Shown here: positions 1-9,440 of the stretch, piece by piece | How positions within the stretch are numbered: position 1 is the first letter of the stretch | Layout: each line of letters opens with the position of its first letter | Source: Geosiphon pyriformis uo1 | Lineage: Eukaryota > Fungi > Glomeromycota | Length of the DNA: 13,491 nucleotides | Direction of reading: 5' to 3' | Assembly: GCA_016748015.1 (NCBI GenBank) | Contig: JAAOMT010000172.1 | Coordinates: forward strand, 36,368 to 49,858 | Program-made: the position numbers and the translations under genes | Notes under the pieces: generated by a model | What the model saw: the letters and a program-made list of their open reading frames with translations, nothing else | Database searches by the model: none | What the model was told of the DNA's origin: nothing

Positions 1-1594
1 TCAACAATTTTTGTTTAACAAAAACAAACAAAAACAATATTTTGCCTAAATTAATTTATTTGTAAAAACTGTTTTATTTCATATAATGTCCAATATAATT
101 AAAGTTATCTATCATAATATATGTATTTAAAAAATTTATTCAACTAAAATTGTCTAAAATTTGAAAATTCATGCCAAGTTACATTCACAAATTAAACAAC
201 TCTAATTTTACTCTAATCGAATGCAAAAAATTGAAATTAAATGCGTTAAAAACGCAAATTTTGGGAAAAACTTATTATTCTAAATTTTATTTATTAAATA
301 TAATCAGCTTAAAATTAATAAAAACTATTTCTAATTTTAAATATCTAATTCAAAGATCTTTTCTTTTTTTATTATCTCACTTATTTTATTGTTTTTACTT
401 ATTAATTCCGAATTTAAATTAAATCAAAGATTTATTTTTTGATTAACTAATAAATCAAAATCAATTTTATTTAAATATTTTTTTAAAAGTATTTATAGAA
501 AATATACAGATATATTTTAAATCATGTTTTTTTTGTGCATAAATTAATCGAGGTATTTATTGATTTTATACAAACAATACTATTTGATTGTGCTTCTATT
601 TGCAGCAGTTACATAATTTCGATCAAATTTTCATAATAAATGTATTCAGAAAGAGCATTCTGAGCTTATTTAATTACCATTTAAGTTCTGGATGATTAAA
701 TAGTGGTTTGAAGTACGACAACAATCATAACTTTCAAAGATTCTCAATTGGGCCACGGTAATATCGCAATTCCAGCTGTGTCAACTTTGGAATCATATGG
801 AATGATATTTTCTTGCGTAAAATATTTTCCATTAAGTCCTTGTCAGAATAATGTGAAAACGTTTTTCATGAAAAAGAATTATTTTGATATTTTAAGTTTT
901 ATAACTAGACTTGTTTCTTATAATGTGTGTTTTAGTTATTGCATATTTACATTGGAATGTAAGATTACAATATATTGTATGTTCAAAAAAAATTTCTATA
1001 CACAGATATGATAACATAGAGCCATCGATTATAAACAAAAATAACGTGGTCGCATAATTTTAGCCGTCCTTTGTGGAATGATAATAATTAAATTTTTATT
1101 ATTATTCAAATAAGAGCTTTTTTCAATTTTATTAAGTAAATAAATAACGTAATTAACTCAAAAAATTGATAGTCTAGATGTTTGATAGATGAGCTAATTA
1201 AAGAAGATGAAATTTACACTTTAAAAAATGGAGGTATTTATATAATGCAATAAAGGTCTGTTTCAAAAAAGGAAGGAAAAACATCTATTGGACTCGAGTA
1301 ATTTGCCTTAATGTTTGGAGGCACTTTTGTCTATGAAATATGAACACCATGTTTTTTATGCTGCGGCCATTTATATTATTCAGTCTAGTGTATTACGAAA
1401 TGTGGACGCCATATTCTTAATGATTGTTCCTGCTGTAACCATTTATTTTGTTCTCTTATCAGACTTTTTAGGCAAGGGGGAAGAACTGACTTAAATGTTG
1501 GTCCCACGGTTTTAGGAGAATGTGAATCGTCATGATTTGATTCAGCCAATTATAGGATTTGAAATCATATGACTCAATCCACTAAACGTAATTC

Positions 1595-2355
1595 TATTGT
1601 TTTTTTCTCAGTACCAGTTAAACAATATATAAACTAGCTAAGAACTTTTAAACTAAACTAGTAGTTACCTCTCTCTCTCACCTATCCTTCTCTCTCACTT
1701 ACCCTTCTCTCTCACTTACCTACCAAACTAAGAAGTCAATATTCAAGTCGTTGAGCATTGGAATAAGAGTTAAAGGTTAGTATCTTTTCACATTTTTCAG
1801 AGAATATGAGCACTTACTATGTTTTAATCAGACATATGCACACACATTGTGATAGGAAAATGGTCTGAGATTTGTGCTATAAGCTTCGCACTATAAGCTT
1901 TGTGCTCGGGAAAGTGGAAAATACTTAAAAAAATTAGTGAAGGTGATTCACCCTATACTATCAGAATAGGAAAGAAGAGTCGTCTAGGTTTTATGTTCAC
2001 CATGACATGCACATTTTTGCTTTATAGAAATTGTGCTATACCTTATTCTAATAGTATGGGGAAGAAGAGTGTCTGGGTCTTTACTTCTCTGTGGCATTTA
2101 CTTTTGCTTTTTTTGGCATGAGATGTATTCCATGACTACTGGTCAAGTGGGAGACAATTCAGACTAGCATATGCTTTCTGTGATTCATGCTGTCTCATAT
2201 TGGCTCAATATTTTATTGATCTTCTTTTTATACCATTCTAGACTCAAAGCGTAAAGCCAAACAACTGTCAACTACCTTGCTTTAGTGGCAAATGCAATCA
2301 ACTCCTTGTTATTTATTGCCTCCTTTTGCTTTACCGCTATCACTTTCCATGGAGT
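1595..2355. repeat. ~770-bp tandem repeat array, unit 1
   Basis: Anchor C(C/T)AGTTAAACAATATATAAACTA recurs at 1614, 2376 and 12935. Periods are 762 and 774 bp once the element is removed; about 88% identity in a 120-bp sample. Confidence 0.93.
1671..1721. repeat. 17-bp pyrimidine-rich minisatellite within the array unit
   Basis: 3 x (T/C)TCTCTCTCAC(C/T)TA(C/T)C(C/T). About four more degenerate copies occur in units 2 and 3. Confidence 0.8.
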
Positions 2356-2833
2356 TATTGTTCTTTTTTTCAATGCCAGTTAAACAATATATAAACTAGC
2401 TTAGAACTTTTAAATTAAACTAGTATTTGCCTCTTTCTCTTACTTAAACCTCTCTTTCACCTACCCTTCTCTTTCACTTATTGCTCTCTTATTTACCTAC
2501 CAAACCAAAAAGTCAATGTTCAAGTCATTGAGCATTGAAATGAGAGTTAAAAGTCAGTATCTTTTCACATTTTTCAGAGGATGTGAGCACTTATTATGTT
2601 TTGATCAGACATGCGCACATATTGTGGTAGGAAAATGGTCTGAAATTCATGCTATAAGCTTCGCACTATAGCTTCATGCTCGGAAAAGTGGAAAATACTT
2701 AAAGAAATTAGTGAAGATGATTTTTCTTATACTGATAGGATAGGGAAGAAGAGTCATCCAGGTTTTATGTTCACCATGACATGCACATTTTTGCTTTACA
2801 GCAATTGTGCTATACCTCATTCTAATAATATGG
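2356..2833. repeat. ~770-bp tandem repeat array, unit 2 left part (interrupted by the retrotransposon)
   Basis: Collinear with 1595-2059. Confidence 0.93.
2830..2833 (+). repeat. Target-site duplication, left copy (ATGG)
   Basis: ATGG flanks both ends. Removing the element plus one ATGG gives TCTAATAATATGGGAAAGAAAAATGTCTCGG, which aligns without gaps to the uninterrupted array unit TCTAATAGTATGGGGAAGAAGAGTGTCTGGG at about 2047-2077. Confidence 0.93.
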
Positions 2834-3050
2834 TGTTACCAGACAAAATTAGAGATATTATTTAGCATAAAATTATCTTATAATTCCTATCATTAATTAG
2901 CATATATTATCGTTTTAAATGATCACTTATTACATTAGCAAAAATGTCCGAAATTATCATTTAATTAATAACTCAAATTGTATACAACACAGATGTAACC
3001 TAATTGCGATGATCAATCATGCAATACCCCAAACTATGTAACATTCAGAA

Positions 3051-3163
3051 GTTCGCCGAAATTTGTAGAAATTCACCGAAATAATTGATAGTTCACCGAA
3101 ATATCTAATAGTTTGCTGAAATAACTTGTAGTTCACCGAAATGTATCTTTAGTTCAGCAAAAT
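3051..3163. repeat. Phased 20-bp tandem motif array in 5' LTR U3 (6 x RTTCRCCGAAAT with variable 8-9-nt spacers)
   Basis: Cores at 3051, 3071, 3091, 3111, 3131 and 3152 (the last is degenerate). Confidence 0.9.
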
Positions 3164-3213
3164 TATAGAAAATAGCAAAGTTCAAGTTCATAGAATAGTA
3201 TTACAACAAGTTG

Positions 3214-3220
3214 TATAAAA
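3214..3220 (+). promoter_or_regulatory. Putative TATA box of the LTR promoter
   Basis: TATAAAA about 50 bp downstream of the motif array, also present at 12012-12018. The AT-rich background lowers its specificity. Confidence 0.5.
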
Positions 3221-3513
3221 AAAGAGCTTCTCTCTTCGAGAAAATGTATCTTACTTAAGATTTATCTCTTAAAAACTATTTCTATACACATAAAGAGAAA
3301 TAGATATCAAATAATTCAAAAAACCAAATTCTTTAAATTATTGGACTTGAAAAATCCCCAAAACCCAACTAACATTTCGAAATTGATTAGCTACCAATTT
3401 CAGTAAACTGTTAGTGGATCCAGGCCTGAATAGAAAACGTTTCCCTTGATAAAATCCTATTTCTTTTACATTTCTTTTATTTTCTTTTCTTTTCTTATTA
3501 CAATCATTAGGGT

Positions 3514-3637
3514 AGCCTACAGACGAGATTCCTATAGAAAAGTTGACTTTCACAGTAAAGTAACTACACATTTTTAGTGAGCTTCCAGACGAGCAATTCC
3601 TGGGAAAGAGTTGACGTTTACTACAACGTAACTACAT
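3514..3637. repeat. Imperfect ~66-bp tandem duplication inside the LTR
   Basis: CAGACGAG-ATTCCT...GAAA-AGTTGAC...GTAACTACA occurs at 3520-3568 and 3586-3636, and in both LTRs. Confidence 0.75.
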
Positions 3638-3817
3638 AAAGCAACTGGCACAGAACTGGCCATTCTACTCATAAGCCCAGCAAGTTCAAATTATAGGAGA
3701 TAATTTGAAGATAAATTCAGTTACTGGAGGTTCAACCACATCCGGAAAACATGAATTCATAGCAAATAAGTATCAACAACATTACAGAAAAGAGACCAAA
3801 AAACCTCCGATAACATT

Positions 3818-3835
3818 TGGTGCTCTTTCACGGAA
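3818..3835 (+). promoter_or_regulatory. Primer binding site (tRNA primer not identified)
   Basis: TGGTGCTCTTTCACGGAA begins 2 nt after the 5' LTR and is complementary to a tRNA 3' end of the form ...GAGCACCA. The 3' extent is uncertain. Confidence 0.8.
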
Positions 3836-3839
3836 ATAA

Positions 3840-4177
3840 CACAGCAAAAACAAATTCAAAGTGTCGACCACACCAGACACAACAACTCTAGAGTATTACC
3901 AATCAATTTACACCCACTGCAAGCAAAGATTCAACATTCCAGATGGAATTGAAGTTGTCAAGAAATCAGTATACCAATACATTGAAAACCGCATCAACAA
4001 TTATCTTTTTGGAAATTATAATATCTCAGAAGTTAGAAACAACCTTTACAATAATTTAGTACACTATTCACAGTTGGGAATTGAAGACCTTAATAGTGAA
4101 ACACTTGCCACTTACTTTCACGAACTTAATTTTAACATTATCAAATACTGTGAAGAAACATATCCAGTGCAGTCTCA
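3840..4177 (+). pseudogene. gag: N-terminal extension of Gag (ORF1 start), cut by the assembly gap
   Basis: Open frame directly after the PBS (HSKNKFKVSTTPDTTTLEYYQSIY...CEETYPVQS). No in-frame ATG. Continuity with the capsid region is inferred across the gap. Confidence 0.6.
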
Positions 4178-4381
4178 NNNNNNNNNNNNNNNNNNNNNNN
4201 NNNNNNNNNNNNNNNNNNNNNNNNNNNNNNNNNNNNNNNNNNNNNNNNNNNNNNNNNNNNNNNNNNNNNNNNNNNNNNNNNNNNNNNNNNNNNNNNNNNN
4301 NNNNNNNNNNNNNNNNNNNNNNNNNNNNNNNNNNNNNNNNNNNNNNNNNNNNNNNNNNNNNNNNNNNNNNNNNNNNNNNNN
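4178..4381. other. Assembly gap (204 N)
   Basis: Run of n characters; the reading frame cannot be followed across it. Confidence 1.
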
Positions 4382-5614
4382 AGTTCCAATCTCCTTGATT
4401 TTCTAGCTGAAAATCAAAGTGAACACTCTGAGACAGCAGCAAACGAAGAAAACAACTCTGAAATAACCGAAGAAGAATCAATAAACAGTGAAAACAAAGA
4501 AAACAAAATGACAACATACATCACAAAAATCCCTGAATTCAATGGAGAAGATATTGAGACCAGTCTCCAAGAATGGCTCGACCAAGTTACTAAAGCTGGA
4601 GATGCAAATAGATGGAATGCTGCCAGAATGTAAAGAACAATTCCCTACTTTCTCAAAGAAACAGCAGAAGAATGGTTTAAAAACCTTGCCGCCCCATTCA
4701 ATGATTGGAATGCTTTCAAAGCAGCCTTCCTTGAACAGTTCACTGACAATAATACCTCTATCACTCTTCGCAATCGTTTTCGAAATATCAAACAAGAACC
4801 CTCCGAATCCGTTATGACTTATATTGGGAAATTCAACAAACTTCTCAGACAGATTCGCCAACTCGAGACAAACAATTATTATTCCAATGCTCAAATCTTG
4901 GATCAATTTATCGCTGGTCTAAAAGATAAACTAATTAAAAAGGTTCACCCACATGCACCAGAAGATTTAAACTCTGCAATACAGCATGCAAAAAGATACG
5001 AAATGGCCATAGAAGAAGCCAATTGTACAAAACTTGTAAATTTGGCAATTGGAGAAACCAGCTCAGCAGCTGAAGAAAAAATTGACCAACTCACAAAGAA
5101 GGTCGAAAACTATTTTACCAACCAACAACAACAACCCCAAAGATATTAACCACTCCAAAGACAAAATCAAAATAACTTTGCACCACTTTCTAATAACCAG
5201 CCCCAAAATTGCCATTACTGTGGAATCTCTGGCCACTGGAAAAGAGATTGCAGAAAGCTACAACGAAACCAACAAAATAGGAGTAATCAACATTACCCTC
5301 CATCACAGCAATCTTATTATCAATCACCACCACCAGCTTACTATCCACCAAGACCCCAATACCAAAATAACTATTATCAGCCCACCTCACAACCAATCCA
5401 ACAGCAATACCAACAACCATCCACACAACATTATCAAGTACCTGCTCGAAGACTGATTACACAAAATCAATTTACACCACAAAACCGATACCAAGTAAAC
5501 AACAGTAGAATCAGTTCGAACAACCAATTGGTTCCCTGAAATACTACTCAATTAAGACCCAACCATTACCACACTCAACCCAGTTATTTAACAATGCCGG
5601 AAGAACAGGATTTT
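4382..5614 (+). pseudogene. gag: Gag: acidic linker, capsid (Retrotrans_gag-like), CCHC knuckle and Q/N/Y/P-rich tail
   Basis: Frame +2 reads KIPEFNGED..QEWLDQV..YFLKETAEEWF..W..FKAAFLEQF..IKQEPSESVMTYIGKF..QFIAGLK. Stops at 4631, 5147 and 5537. Confidence 0.92.
5210..5251 (+). other. CCHC zinc knuckle (nucleocapsid)
   Basis: CHYCGISGHWKRDC fits C-x2-C-x4-H-x4-C. Confidence 0.95.
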
Positions 5615-5648
5615 CATCATACTGTATTCTCGGAAGGTAGAGCTGCAG
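5608..5648 (+). promoter_or_regulatory. Candidate -1 programmed ribosomal frameshift signal
   Basis: In-phase heptamer G_GAT_TTT (5608-5614), 7-nt spacer, then a stem pairing CTGTATTCT (5622-5630) with AGAG(C)TGCAG (5639-5648). The -1 frame stops at TAG 5638-5640. Confidence 0.5.
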
Positions 5649-5812
5649 CACAACAACAATGAAACCCTTCTTATAACCACACCACTATTCCACCAGCCCG
5701 AATTGCTGAAAATGCCAATCTCTCTGATATCTTTCCTTTTGAATTTGAAGCAAATAAATCACCATTCTTGCTTAGCAATACAGTGGCTAATGAGCAAAAA
5801 GCCATTACTGCA

Positions 5813-6170
5813 ATGTATGCAGAAGCTGAAGTAGAAGGAAAGCCAATTTGCTTGATCCTAAACAGTGGATCCGCCGGAAGCATTATTACCTACCAGTTAA
5901 TGCAACAGTTGAAAAGAAATGTTGACTGACCAGCTCAAACAGTAATCATCACTGCTGATAGCATGAAAAAGACACCAGTAGAAGAAATTGACAATTTTCC
6001 ATTTACTTTTGATGGAATCACTATTCCAGTCAAAGTTCTTGTAATGGACGCACCCCAGTACCAAGCTCTCGTTGGAAATGATTGGCTTCAAAAAGCCAAT
6101 GCTAATCTGAATTGGGAAACACAAGAGTTAACAATCTCCTACCAAGGACAACATGCCCGGATACCTGCCA
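5813..6170 (+). pseudogene. pol: Retropepsin aspartic protease domain, inactivated
   Basis: AEVEGKPICLILNSGSAGSII (catalytic DSG changed to NSG, AAC at 5861) ... ALVGNDWL. Stop at 5927. Confidence 0.9.
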
Positions 6171-6400
6171 TTTGTGGTACATTCAACAAACACTCTGAAA
6201 AAGCCCCGGCTTTTGAATTTGAACCAAAAGAAGAAAAACCAATAATCGAAACATTCATGGCTCTTGGATCAACATCCAACTGGGCCGATGAAACAGAACA
6301 AGAACATTTTACCCCACACACTAAACCCAAAACCTCTAGATGGAATATACCTTACTCAAAACTCAAACCAAGAAAACAACGCCCCTATATTCCCCTTAAA

Positions 6401-7000
6401 TATAAGGACTGCCACAAGAAACTATCGTCAATGGGAGCCTGCATTTTACCTGAAGAAGAATATGAGAATCATACTTGTTATTACTGCAAGGCTTGTCACA
6501 AAGAGTGATGGGGCCATCTAATAAAAAGGAGCGGAAAATGGGACAACACTGCTTGTTTGACTTGTGGAGATATGCTACTGGAAGAATGCAATTGGATTGA
6601 TGTAGCAATAAGAGGAGGCGTCTGTGATCAGACCTGCCAATATGCTTTATCAATTTCAGAAAAAGTAAAAAGAGGAACACCCTTTAATGCAGCATACAAC
6701 AATGCTCTCAACAAACTTTATCACTATTCTTATGATGCCAAGATGATTTTCGACTTAGCAATGGCATTAATTAATAGAGCTACCAAAGAAGATGTTCATC
6801 AAATGAAGGAAGCAGAATACATTGAATACACTATGGAATTAGCTGGATTCAATTACGAAGATGAAGTAGAAGTCTACCACCAAATTGCAAGTCACACCTA
6901 CCTGACCCAAGAAGCTCAAATTCAACAATTAAAGCAAATGAACATTAGGCTATGTGAAGAATGCATTATGTCTTGTAATGAACAATGGTGTCCCAAATGC
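6401..7000 (+). pseudogene. Cys-rich putative multi-zinc-binding domain of unknown function within Pol
   Basis: In frame +2: (Y/C)KDC...CYYCKAC, CLTC...CDQTC and CEEC...WCPKC, with a predicted helical segment before the last cluster. Stop at 6506. Confidence 0.65.
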
Positions 7001-7120
7001 TATGCTCTTAGTATCTCCTTGCCCAGCAAAAATGATGAGAATGAAATTGAATTTGGAGAACCTGAAGAAATGGAAGAAATTGAAACAACACCCATCTATC
7101 TTATCAAAAATCAGCCTGCC

Positions 7121-7552
7121 TTACAACTTAAATACTTTAACAACAACGGACAAAGAATAAAACCTGAAAAAGCACACGAAATTGATGCTGGATATGACCT
7201 AAGATATCCAGGCAAGGATACTCTTATTCTCAAACCCAAATCTCTCACAAAAATCAACCTCAAAATTGCACTCGAAATCTCACCAGGAGCAATAGTTCAA
7301 ATCACCTCTCGGTCCTCTCTGGCAAGCAAAGAAATCAATGTCAGAGGAGGAATAATTGATGCTAGATATACTGGAGACATAACAGTAATGCTTCAAAATG
7401 AGACTAACAAACCATTCAAGATTGAACATGCTGAAAAAATTGCCCAAGCTATTTACCTACCCTTAATCAACATTTCGGGTTTGCAACTAATCAATCAAAG
7501 AGAACAATTAGGAAAAAGCAATAGAGGAACCCAAGGTTTTGGTTCAACTGAA
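7121..7552 (+). pseudogene. dut: Trimeric dUTPase domain within Pol (between PR and RT)
   Basis: All five dUTPase motifs in order: AGYDL, SRSSLA, GIIDARYTG, KIAQAI, RGTQGFGST. Confidence 0.95.
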
Positions 7553-7999
7553 CAATTCACAGTTCCAGTTAATATAGCTTTTAACACACAGAACAAATCC
7601 CACCAGATTCTCAGACTTCCACAACCGATTACCATCTCACTCTTTAGAGAACATCCAGAAATTTACACTTGCACAAAGCCAACAACCACACAACAAATTT
7701 TTGAGTCCAATGAACAAGTCTACTTGGAACATAATATTTTGATCCCAAACATTTATATTCCAGAAAGAACAAAGAAAGTCCGAGTTACTTTTTACAACCC
7801 CAATAATTACCCCATAATTTTATTAAATAATTTAGAAATTGGAGTTATTCACAGTAATATATTTCAACAAGAATTATCCCAAACAGTCCCCAATTTTTCT
7901 GGAATTATTGGACATTCACTACTGAAAATCAACCCAAACCCTAGCTCTGAAAACTACTATGTTGTCATGGAAAAACTATCTCGAATTAACATGGGACAA

Positions 8000-8990
8000 C
8001 TTGAACTACAACAACAGACCCAGTTCAAAGAACTAATTGCAGAATTTGCTGATATCTTCACCGAAAACAACAATGACTTAGGAAGAACTGATTTGGTTCA
8101 ACACCAAATCTATACAGGAGATGCCAAACCCAGGTGACAACAAGCCTACCGAGTTGCTCCAGAAAGTCACCAATTTATCCAAGAAGAAATACAACGAATG
8201 CTTAACAATGGGCTTATTCAACCATCAATGAGCCCATGGGCCTCACCTGTGGTTCTAGTTAAAAAGAAAAATGGAAAGATACGATTTTGTGTTGATTACC
8301 GACAACTCAATAGTGTCACCATTGGAGATGCCTACCCTTTTCCCTAAATTGATGACATGTTGGATGCCTTTGGAAAGTCCAAATACTTTTCAATATTAGA
8401 TTTAGAGAGTGGATACTGGCAAATTGCTATGGATCCCAAAGACCACCCCAAAACAGCATTCACCACTCAAGGAGGAAATTACGAGTTCAATGTAATGCCT
8501 TTTGGATTATGCAATGCACCAGCAACATTCTAAAGACTCATAGATGTTGTTTACAAAGGCCTCCTTTGGAAATCAGTAGTAGTTTATCTTAATGACACTG
8601 ATGTTTATTCACCATCTTTCGAGCTACATTTAATTCACCTACGAGAAGTTTTTCAACAATTACAGAAAGCAGGATTGAAACTGAACATTGAAAAATGCTA
8701 CTTCGGAAAAACAAGTTTAGCTTTTCTTGGTCACATTGTTAGCAAAGATGGAATTAAACCAGACCCCGGAAAAATCAGTACTGTCAAAAACTTCAAGACT
8801 TCACGAAATACTACAGAATTAAGAAAATTTATTGGATTAGCATCCTATTACCGAAAATTCATCAAAGGATTCTCAGAAATTGCAAAACCCCTTAACCAGC
8901 TCACTACAAAAAATGTTGAATACAAATGGACAAAAGAACACCAAAATGCCTTCGAGATACTCAAAGAAAAACTCACAACAGCCCCAATCC
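8000..8990 (+). pseudogene. pol: Reverse transcriptase and connection region, inactivated
   Basis: [59 protein letters not shown] (YxDD with D>N at 8591), KCYF..FLGH, FIGLASYYRKFIKGFS. Stops at 8135, 8345 and 8531. Confidence 0.97.
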
Positions 8991-9392
8991 TCGCCTACTC
9001 AGACTTCAGCAACCAATTCTGGTTAGCAACTGACACTTTTTATACTGCCTTTGATGCCATCCTATCACAGTTAGATAACAATAGAAATGAGCGAGTAATT
9101 GTTTATGCTAGTAGAACATTAAAGCCAGCCGAAAAGAACTACCCTGCAACAGAATTAGAAACCGCAGCAGTAATTTGGGCCACATCACTTCAATCTTTAC
9201 CTCAGACCCAAAGAATTCGATATTATCACTGATAATATTGAACTTAAATGGCTTCAAAACAAAAACACCCAGCTGAACACAAAACAAACCCGATGGACAG
9301 GATTTTTAGCTAATTACCAATACATTGTACACCACAAACCAGGAAAACTCCACACCAACGTTGATTGTCTCTCAAGAATGAGGCAAGATTAG
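8991..9392 (+). pseudogene. pol: RNase H domain, frameshifted at about 9182
   Basis: Frame +2: LATDT..AILSQ..YASRTLKPAEKNYPATELETAAVIWA. Frame +3: HHFNLYL..IITDN..LKWL..RW..HKPGKLHTNVDCLSR, ending at TAG 9390-9392. Confidence 0.93.
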
Positions 9393-9440
9393 AAACAAAA
9401 CCAACACCCATTTGAATTAACAGCATCAAAACAACAAACA

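Larger units (their letters stand above)
2834..3815 (+). repeat. 5' LTR (982 bp)
   Basis: TGTTACCAGACAAAATTAGAG...AAACCTCCGATAACA. Collinear with 11632-12614; manual alignment gives about 43 substitutions and 1 indel. Confidence 0.97.

Noticed and set aside
171-1011. ORFs 171-422 and 748-1011
   Set aside because: Short, dominated by AT-rich codons (F/L/I/K/N/Y), no motifs; consistent with chance ORFs in intergenic DNA.
1523-1580. Two imperfect palindromes just left of the array boundary (TGAATC..GATTCA and GGATT..TCATATGA..AATCC)
   Set aside because: Short and imperfect in AT-rich DNA, with no partner terminus or TSD to support a Helitron or MITE end.
1900-2121. Plus-strand ORF in the array unit (also 13256-13456)
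   Set aside because: Start positions differ between units, there is no recognisable domain, and the similarity simply reflects the repeat.
3051-3163. CRISPR-like appearance (constant repeat with variable spacers)
   Set aside because: The 12-nt repeats and 8-nt spacers are far too short, there are no cas genes, and the array lies inside a eukaryotic LTR.
3338-3571. 77-aa minus-strand ORF present in both LTRs (also 12136-12369)
   Set aside because: Its presence twice follows from about 95% LTR identity. It has no recognisable motif and is partly low-complexity.
4177-4382. Apparent frame change from +3 to +2 in gag
   Set aside because: It spans an assembly gap of estimated length, so it is uninformative.
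5660-5662. TGA as a programmed gag-pol readthrough stop
   Set aside because: It cannot be distinguished from the many CGA>TGA decay stops and lacks the CARYYA readthrough context. It would need a family consensus to support.
4068-6680. Several minus-strand and alternative-frame ORFs overlapping gag-pol
   Set aside because: These are shadow ORFs of the frame +2 polyprotein, and some are inflated by the N gap.
9179-9185. Frameshift within RNase H as programmed recoding
   Set aside because: It falls mid-domain with no slippery site and is best explained by a small indel in this dead copy.
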